Assembly: GCA_043228905.1 (NCBI GenBank)
Contig: JBHGNT010000021.1
Span: 12,586,001-12,650,000 of the forward strand
Source of the DNA: Azolla caroliniana
Taxonomy: Eukaryota; Plantae; Polypodiophyta
Direction: 5' to 3'
DNA length: 64,000 nt
Each line of letters starts with the position of its first letter. Position 1 is the stretch's first letter. The position numbers and the translations under genes are program-made. The notes under the pieces were generated by a model. The model was not told the origin of the DNA. It searched no databases and saw only the letters and a list, made by a program, of their open reading frames with translations. Positions 57,409 to 64,000 of this stretch are shown in pieces.

Positions 57409-58665
57409 TGAACAACGCTCGGCCACAACCGAGCTTAGAATCATAAAACATAGAAAAACGGGGAATGAAGGCACGACACAGTGAAGAGAAGAGTACACAG
57501 GATGTTTACGTGGAAAACCCAAATACAGGAAAAACCACAGCAGCCCACAGACTACAAATTATCACTATGTCAGAATGTACAAAATGGTAAAGCACCGAAG
57601 CAACGACCTCGAGCTTTCTATCTTCACCACAGGTGGCGGTTACATCAGAGGCAACGACCTCTTCCTCTCTCTCACTCTCTCTGTACACAGTTGCGCGCAC
57701 TAATCTTGCGCCAACAAGAATAACAACAACATCAAACAAAAGTTTGCCCTAAGCCATATTTATACTAATAGGACTTTTCGGCTATTTACAAATATAGCCA
57801 CGATGGACTCTCAAAAACATATTTACGAATATGTCTCTTCATCCGGTGAGCACTCCTCACCGGGCCTGCATCATCCGGCGTTTGCCGGGTACTCGTCATC
57901 CAGTTCTCACCGGGTCTTCCGTTTCCGGGTACTCCTCATCCGGTTTTTGCCTTGGCTGAGTTCGCTCATCAGTATTGTTCTTCTCACTTCCCATCCGGAG
58001 GGACCTGTTTCCTAACAAACTCCCCCTTCACTCCGGCATGGGATGTCTTACTAGTCCGATCCGCTTCCGGCATGCATCCAGCTTGTCGGGTATCAGTACT
58101 TTGGTCAACATATCTGACCCGTTCTCGGCCGTGTGGATCTTCGTCAGCGCGAACTCCTGGTCATCTACTCTTTCCCGGATCCAGTGATACCTTCGCTGGA
58201 TATGCTTCGTCCGGGAATGGTAGGCCGCATTCTTAGCAAGGTGGATGGCACTTTGACTGTCGCAGTAGAGCCGGTATTCATCTTGCCTGATACCGAGCTC
58301 TCCGATGAAGTCCTTCATCCATAATATTTCCTTGTCAGCTTCCACAACCGCCATGTACTCCGCCTCCGTGGTTGACAACGCAACCGTCTTCTGCAGCCTC
58401 GACTGCCACGAAATAGCTCCCCCTAGATATGTCATTACATACCCGGATGTGGACCGGCTGGTATCCACATCAGCCGACATGTCCGAATCGGTAAAACTGT
58501 CAAGTTGAGGTTTTCCGGAGCCAAATCGGAGACACATATTTGAAGTGCCCTTCAAGTACCGGAGTATCCATTTGACTGCGTTCCAGTGCTCCTTGTCGGG
58601 ATTGCTCATAAACCGGCTCACCATTGCGACTGCGTATCCTATATCCGGTCGGCAGAGGCATATGG
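57409..58665 (-). mobile_element. Copia-1-family relic (3' LTR ~57409-58017, PPT, RT/RNase H end), interrupted by Copia-3
   Basis: LTR and C-terminal protein (RPDIGYAV...RIGLVRHPMPE) closely resemble Copia-1; small deletion near 58650. Left boundary approximate. Confidence 0.85.
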
Positions 58666-58943
58666 TGTCGAATACATGTGTATAATGGACGTATTCACAC
58701 CATCCCGTTTCGGCCATTTATGTAATTAGCATAAAGGGTAGTTGCCCTAAGTCGGTCACTATATATAGTGACCTTGTAACCTCTTTGTGAGGTTGGTTGT
58801 TGTATGATTGCTTTGTGAAATAAAGAGTCTTTTTGTGTCTCTCTCTCTCTCTCTGTGCAACGACCTACATTCTGTCATACACAGGGAATAAACAGGAATC
58901 GAGTGCTTCAAGATCTTCCGCACTGACGACATTGCTTCCAACA
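58666..58943 (+). repeat. 5' LTR of Copia-3
   Basis: Reverse complement of the Copia-2 LTRs. Confidence 0.95.
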
Positions 58944-59606
58944 TCTGGTATCAGAGCCTGCACAGTAGTCGGTCCTTCAATCCGCTGTCGGCCGTCGTCT
59001 CTGCACTCGGTTTCCTGCGTCATTCGAAGAAAGAGAGAAGAAGAACAAAAACGAGGTTTGCACCTCATCGCGTTAGATCCTCTTGCTTGGAGTAAGCCCT
59101 CAGGTTGTACTCTGTTCCTTGTGATCGTAACCGCTCGAGGTGAAATCCCCTTGTGCATCATTGACACGATCGTGCTCCATTCGGTTAAACGGCATCCGAA
59201 GAGGTCACCAAACGCTGCTCGTTGTAACCACTCGGTGCAGATCGGTCTCAAGACAACAACCCCAAATTCGTGCTTCATCAGGCTGATCGACATTCGAGAG
59301 GATCAGTTGGATCTATCTCTCTCGTCGCTGCAGTCAACCGAAGCAAAATCGGTCCAGATAATCGGTTTCAATAATCGGTACTCGGCACATATATCCGAAG
59401 CGAACCGGGCTCACTCCGACTCGGCAACACTCGGGAAGACCAGTCGGTTCTGTCCCTCAAGTTACCGGAGTCAATTCGAGCAAGTTCCGAAGCTGAACCG
59501 ACTCGGGTTCAAATCCGACTAGAACGATATCGGGTGAGCCAACCGGCTGCACTCCAACAAGGTTCACAGTCAACTCCGAACCGAGCTTCGTCAACCGAAA
59601 CCGAAT

Positions 59607-62600
59607 TTGATGGCATCAACATCTGGCTCGTCAGAAATGAGTCTACGAAAGTTCGATGGATCGAACTTCAACTTCTGGAAGGAACAAATGCAGGACTATC
59701 TCATAGTCAAGGGGCAAATCGACCCCATCGAAAATGAAGAACCTCCAGAAGGATACAAACCAATTGAGTGGCAGAAGCTGGACAGAATTGTCCGCGCCAC
59801 GATCCGGATGCACCTATCGGAATCGGTATACTTTACGGTGCAATCGTGTACGACAGCATTCGAACTGTGGAAAACACTGTCGGACACTTACGAAAAGAAG
59901 GTCGCCGCAACGAAGATGTTTCTGATCCGGCGCCTCTACAACTTGCGGATGAAAGAATCCGACTCGGTCCAAGCACACCTCAATGAGTACGAAAGCATAA
60001 GCTCCCAAATCTCGTCACAGGGGACGGCAATCGAGGATGAACTCAGAGCAATGATACTCATGAGCAGCCTTCCCCCATCATGGGAAACTTTCGTCACAAC
60101 CGTGTGCAACGCGTCAACCACGGCTGTTAAATACTCCGAAGTCACGAGCGCAATCCTGACCGAAGCAGCTCGGAGAAAGTCTTTCGCCAAAGACTCAACA
60201 GACGACGCCTACGTAGTACAAGGTTCGACAGACCGATCGAACATACGAGGACGAGATTCCTCACGGCCGCCGAACAATCAGCGAAGACGGAGCCAGTCAC
60301 GGGATAACCGAATCTGCAACTATTGCAAGAAACCCGGACACATCAAAGCCGACTGCCGCGCACTCAAGAACAAGAACAACAAGAAGAGTGGCCGGCATGA
60401 GGAGATCAATTACGTCAGCTTCTCAGCTGATGTACTACCGGACGACCCGAATATACTATCAATAGAAAATCCAGTTGGATCAGAAGTTCTGCTCACGACT
60501 GAAGAATCGAGCACATGGCTCTTAGATTCGGGCGCGTCATTTCACGTGACTCCTCATCGATCCCAATTTCGGCAATATACGATCCGTCACTCCGACTCAG
60601 TTCGGGTCGGCAACTCGCAACACTGTGACATCATCGGAATCGGCACAGTAGAGCTCAACCTTGCAGGTGGCTCTACACTTGTACTCCACAATGTCCGACA
60701 TGTACCCGAGCTCTCAAGGCCATTGATCTCAGTCGGACAACTAGATGAAGACGGCATTCGTGCCGGTTTTTCTTCGGGAGGGTGGACACTCCACAGGGGG
60801 AACCTCCTGCTTGCTAGAGGACCCAAGATACACTCACTGTATCCGTTACATGTTACGCTCAGAGAGGGTAACCTGTTTTTGGTGGATATTCCTGTGTCAT
60901 CATTATGGCACCGAAGATTAGGACACCTCAGCAAGGCCGGCATCACGCACCTATCTAGCGCCGGATACATCCCCAAACTCTCCTTCTCGGACCATCAATT
61001 CTGCGAGCATTGCCAGTATGGCAAACAAGTAGCCGCATCACACCCGACATCAGCACCAAGAGAAACGAGACCTCTCGATTTAGTCCATTCGGACGTCTGT
61101 GGCCCAATGCCGCATCAGTCTCTAGGCGGTGCCTCTTACTTCGTCAGTTTTATTGACGATTCGACTCGAAAGGTGTGGGCTTATCCAATTCGCACCAAAG
61201 ATCGTGTCTTCTCGATCTTCACCGATTGGCTCGCTATGGTAGGAAATCAAACCGACCGAAAGCTGAAATGCCTTCGGACAGACAATGGGGGAGAGTTCAA
61301 ATCCGATGAATTCGTCAAATTCTGCCGACAACGCGGCATCCGACGTGAATTTACGGCACCACACAGTCCGGAGCAAAACGGGATTGCCGAACGAATGAAT
61401 CGGACAATCCAAGAAAGGATAGTTTCCATGCTCCAACACTCCGGACTGTCGGATGGCTTCTGGGCAGAGGCTCTACTCACGGCAGTACACATAATCAATA
61501 TGTCGCCAAGTCGACCTCTAGGACTTCAAATTCCTCAGGAACTATGGATCGGCAGTAAGCCGAATTACGACAAGCTGAGGATCTTCGGATGCGAGGCGTA
61601 CGCCCTCATTCCGAAAGATGATCGCCGAAAACTTGCACCTCGGTCCAGGAAATGCATTTTCCTTGGATATGGATCAGACGGCGAAATGGGATACCGACTC
61701 TGGGACCCCGAATGCAGACAAATCGTTCGAAGTTCGGACGTTGTGTTCAACGAGTCGGCTATGAATCCATCAGTCGAAAAACCGATCGAAGTCCGAAGGG
61801 TAACATTCTCCGATGTGCCGACCCTTCAAGAAGGCCCCGCTCTCAACACACGGTCAGCTTCACGGGTAGCTGAACCTTATACTACCGACTCGGACAACTC
61901 TGACTCGGCACAGCCGAATGATTCGGTTTCGGACCATCCGACCTCGATACCCGATGCGACCAGTCCAATCATACCTCGACGATCCGAGAGACTGTCGCAA
62001 CCTCCGGAGAGGTATTCTCCTGGAATTTTCTTCACCGACGCCGGCGAACCGACGTCTTACGAAGAAGCATCGACATCTGTCGATTCGGCCACCTGGCATC
62101 TGGCGATGGAGTCGGAAATGCACTCCATCCGGGCAAACAAGACTTGGGATCTGGTCGAATTACCTAGGAACCGACGTGCTCTTCCTTGCAAGTGGGTTTA
62201 TCGACTAAAAGAGACGTCTGATTCGACCACCCCAAAGTACAAGGCCAGATTAGTTGCGAAGGGCTTCCGACAAGAATATGGCGTCGACTTCGACGAGATT
62301 TTTTCACCAGTGGTGAAAATGACAACCCTTCGTCTTCTGCTCGGCGTCGTGGCAGCCGACAACTTGGAGCTGATTCAGCTAGATGTCAAAACAGCCTTCC
62401 TCCATGGTGATCTCGAGGAGGAAATTTATATGGAGCAGCCAAAAGGCTTCGTGGCAACTGGCCAAGAACATCTAGTCTGCCGACTCAGGAAGAGTCTATA
62501 CGGCCTCAAACAGGCACCGCGACAATGGTACAAGAAGTTCGACGACTTCATCCAATCAATCGGCTTCTCCAAAAGCGATGAGGACCATTGTCTCTTCACC

Positions 62601-63623
62601 AACACAGCTCAAGATGGATCACCCATCTTCCTCATCATTTACGTGGACGACATGCTAATTTCTGGACGCCACGCGGGCGAACTTGCCGATCTTGTTCGGC
62701 AACTGCGGTTGAAGTTTGCCATGAAGGACCTCGGTCCGGCACGACACATCCTTGGCATGAAGATTAGTCGGCATCGCAATAAACGACATCTTTTTTTGTC
62801 TCAGACCGACTATATCGGACGTGTCTTGGAACGCTTCAACATGCAATCAGCCAAATCTGCTTCAACCCCACTCCCTATGAATCTTCGGCTCTCTCAGCGA
62901 GACTGCCCGACATCCGGTTCGGAGGGGGAAGATATGAAGTCGGTACCGTATGCACCGGCAGTCGGCTCCCTTATGTACCTGATGGTCGCGACACGGCCTG
63001 ACATCTCTCATGCCGTAGGAGTCGTTAGCAGATTTATGCACAATCCTGGCCGATCGCATTGGAACGCAGTCAAGCATGTGTTCAGATATCTGGCTGGCAC
63101 AAAAGACCATGGCATTCTTTTCGGACCGAACCGAACCTCAGGCGTAGTCGGTTACACCGACTCGGACTTCGCCGGCTGTATAGACAGTCGGAAATCAACA
63201 ACCGGATACTGCTTCAAATTCGGCAATGGAGCAATCTCGTGGAAGTCGAAACTTCAGGAGTGCACAGCGACCTCAACGACCGAAGCAGAATATGTAGCTG
63301 CGTCCGACGCAGCAAAAGAAGCTTTGTGGCTCGGTCGGCTGGCGCACACGTTTCGACAAGTCGAACATGACTCGGCTCCAGTTGTCTACAGCGACAGTCA
63401 AGGTGCTGTTGCCTTGTCGAAAAATCCGGTTCACCACAACGCCTCCAAACATATCGACGTTCGATATCACTTCGTTCGGGACTGCGTCATTTCAGGGAAA
63501 ATCGGTCTAGAGAAAATATCCACAACCGATAATGTCGCAGATGGAATGACCAAATGTCTCTCGGCAGACCGTTTTCGGTCTCTTCGGCATCAGATGGGCG
63601 TAACGACAAACCAGTCCGGTTAG
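59607..63623 (+). CDS. gag-pol: Copia Gag-Pol polyprotein, about 1338 aa
   Basis: Same as 28622-32638 except three residues seen (E/G, H/R, R/Q). Confidence 0.96.
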   Translation: MMASTSGSSEMSLRKFDGSNFNFWKEQMQDYLIVKGQIDPIENEEPPEGYKPIEWQKLDRIVRATIRMHLSESVYFTVQSCTTAFELWKTLSDTYEKKVAATKMFLIRRLYNLRMKESDSVQAHLNEYESISSQISSQGTAIEDELRAMILMSSLPPSWETFVTTVCNASTTAVKYSEVTSAILTEAARRKSFAKDSTDDAYVVQGSTDRSNIRGRDSSRPPNNQRRRSQSRDNRICNYCKKPGHIKADCRALKNKNNKKSGRHEEINYVSFSADVLPDDPNILSIENPVGSEVLLTTEESSTWLLDSGASFHVTPHRSQFRQYTIRHSDSVRVGNSQHCDIIGIGTVELNLAGGSTLVLHNVRHVPELSRPLISVGQLDEDGIRAGFSSGGWTLHRGNLLLARGPKIHSLYPLHVTLREGNLFLVDIPVSSLWHRRLGHLSKAGITHLSSAGYIPKLSFSDHQFCEHCQYGKQVAASHPTSAPRETRPLDLVHSDVCGPMPHQSLGGASYFVSFIDDSTRKVWAYPIRTKDRVFSIFTDWLAMVGNQTDRKLKCLRTDNGGEFKSDEFVKFCRQRGIRREFTAPHSPEQNGIAERMNRTIQERIVSMLQHSGLSDGFWAEALLTAVHIINMSPSRPLGLQIPQELWIGSKPNYDKLRIFGCEAYALIPKDDRRKLAPRSRKCIFLGYGSDGEMGYRLWDPECRQIVRSSDVVFNESAMNPSVEKPIEVRRVTFSDVPTLQEGPALNTRSASRVAEPYTTDSDNSDSAQPNDSVSDHPTSIPDATSPIIPRRSERLSQPPERYSPGIFFTDAGEPTSYEEASTSVDSATWHLAMESEMHSIRANKTWDLVELPRNRRALPCKWVYRLKETSDSTTPKYKARLVAKGFRQEYGVDFDEIFSPVVKMTTLRLLLGVVAADNLELIQLDVKTAFLHGDLEEEIYMEQPKGFVATGQEHLVCRLRKSLYGLKQAPRQWYKKFDDFIQSIGFSKSDEDHCLFTNTAQDGSPIFLIIYVDDMLISGRHAGELADLVRQLRLKFAMKDLGPARHILGMKISRHRNKRHLFLSQTDYIGRVLERFNMQSAKSASTPLPMNLRLSQRDCPTSGSEGEDMKSVPYAPAVGSLMYLMVATRPDISHAVGVVSRFMHNPGRSHWNAVKHVFRYLAGTKDHGILFGPNRTSGVVGYTDSDFAGCIDSRKSTTGYCFKFGNGAISWKSKLQECTATSTTEAEYVAASDAAKEALWLGRLAHTFRQVEHDSAPVVYSDSQGAVALSKNPVHHNASKHIDVRYHFVRDCVISGKIGLEKISTTDNVADGMTKCLSADRFRSLRHQMGVTTNQSG

Positions 63624-63816
63624 AGCCGGACACAGAGCAGGATGGTTCCCGAAAACCGACATCAGCTCCTTAATGATCGGCTTCAACTGTTCCGACCCGA
63701 CCAGTTCGGTCTTCTGTCTTCGGATCCTGCCGACTCGAACAAAGCTGATATGTCCGAGAACCTAAGTCTATACCTGTAATCTTAGATAACCCATGTATAC
63801 GCCCATTACGGGGGAG

Positions 63817-64000
63817 TGTCGAATACATGTGTATAATGGACGTATTCACACCATCCCGTTTCGGCCATTTATGTAATTAGCATAAAGGGTAGTTGCCCTA
63901 AGTCGGTCACTATATATAGTGACCTTGTAACCTCTTTGTGAGGTTGGTTGTTGTATGATTGCTTTGTGAAATAAAGAGTCTTTTTGTGTCTCTCTCTCTC
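63817..64000 (+). repeat. 3' LTR of Copia-3 (partial)
   Basis: Direct repeat of 58666 onward (offset 5151). Confidence 0.93.

Larger units (their letters stand above)
58666..64000 (+). mobile_element. Intact Ty1/Copia element (Copia-3), near-identical to Copia-2; runs off the window end
   Basis: 5' LTR 58666-58943, PBS 58946-58957, PPT ~63808-63816, 3' LTR from 63817; left flank TATGG. Confidence 0.96.

Noticed and set aside
58833-59522. 229-aa ORF upstream of gag in Copia-2/3 (also 32723-33412)
   Set aside because: Non-ATG start inside the LTR microsatellite, runs through the PBS, no motif; presence in both copies only reflects their near identity.

Overview
Eukaryotic, plant-like, transposon-saturated DNA with no recognisable host gene; a non-seed plant such as a fern is my guess, not demonstrated. 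The window resolves by LTR pairs and target-site duplications (TSDs) into one nest. The outermost layer is a decayed Sola2-like DNA transposon (from 45806 rightwards). Into it inserted an internally deleted Gypsy (B'), into which inserted Gypsy A (to 44093). Gypsy A holds an intact Copia (27-5371), a gag-only element D (37984-42965) and Gypsy B (7198-36944). Gypsy B holds a gag-only element C, a second intact Copia (28151-33579) and a complete 12.9-kb DNA transposon (15222-28125). The right part of the window holds a truncated Copia, gag-only element E with a solo LTR inside it, an LTR-derived foldback with its own TSD, a Copia relic and a near-identical inverted twin of the second Copia. Highlights: (1) the 12.9-kb element has GGG...CCC TIRs, a 4-bp TAAT TSD, an intact 3-exon Sola2-type transposase and a convergent intact 5-exon coiled-coil/RING-H2 cargo gene, and the decayed relative appears to carry a different FCP1/NIF-like cargo; (2) a tRNA-Trp-primed Gypsy group whose gag-only parasites insert at ACGG with 4-bp TSDs; (3) an LTR-derived palindrome flanked by its own TSD. 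All family assignments come from motif recognition; no database search was run.
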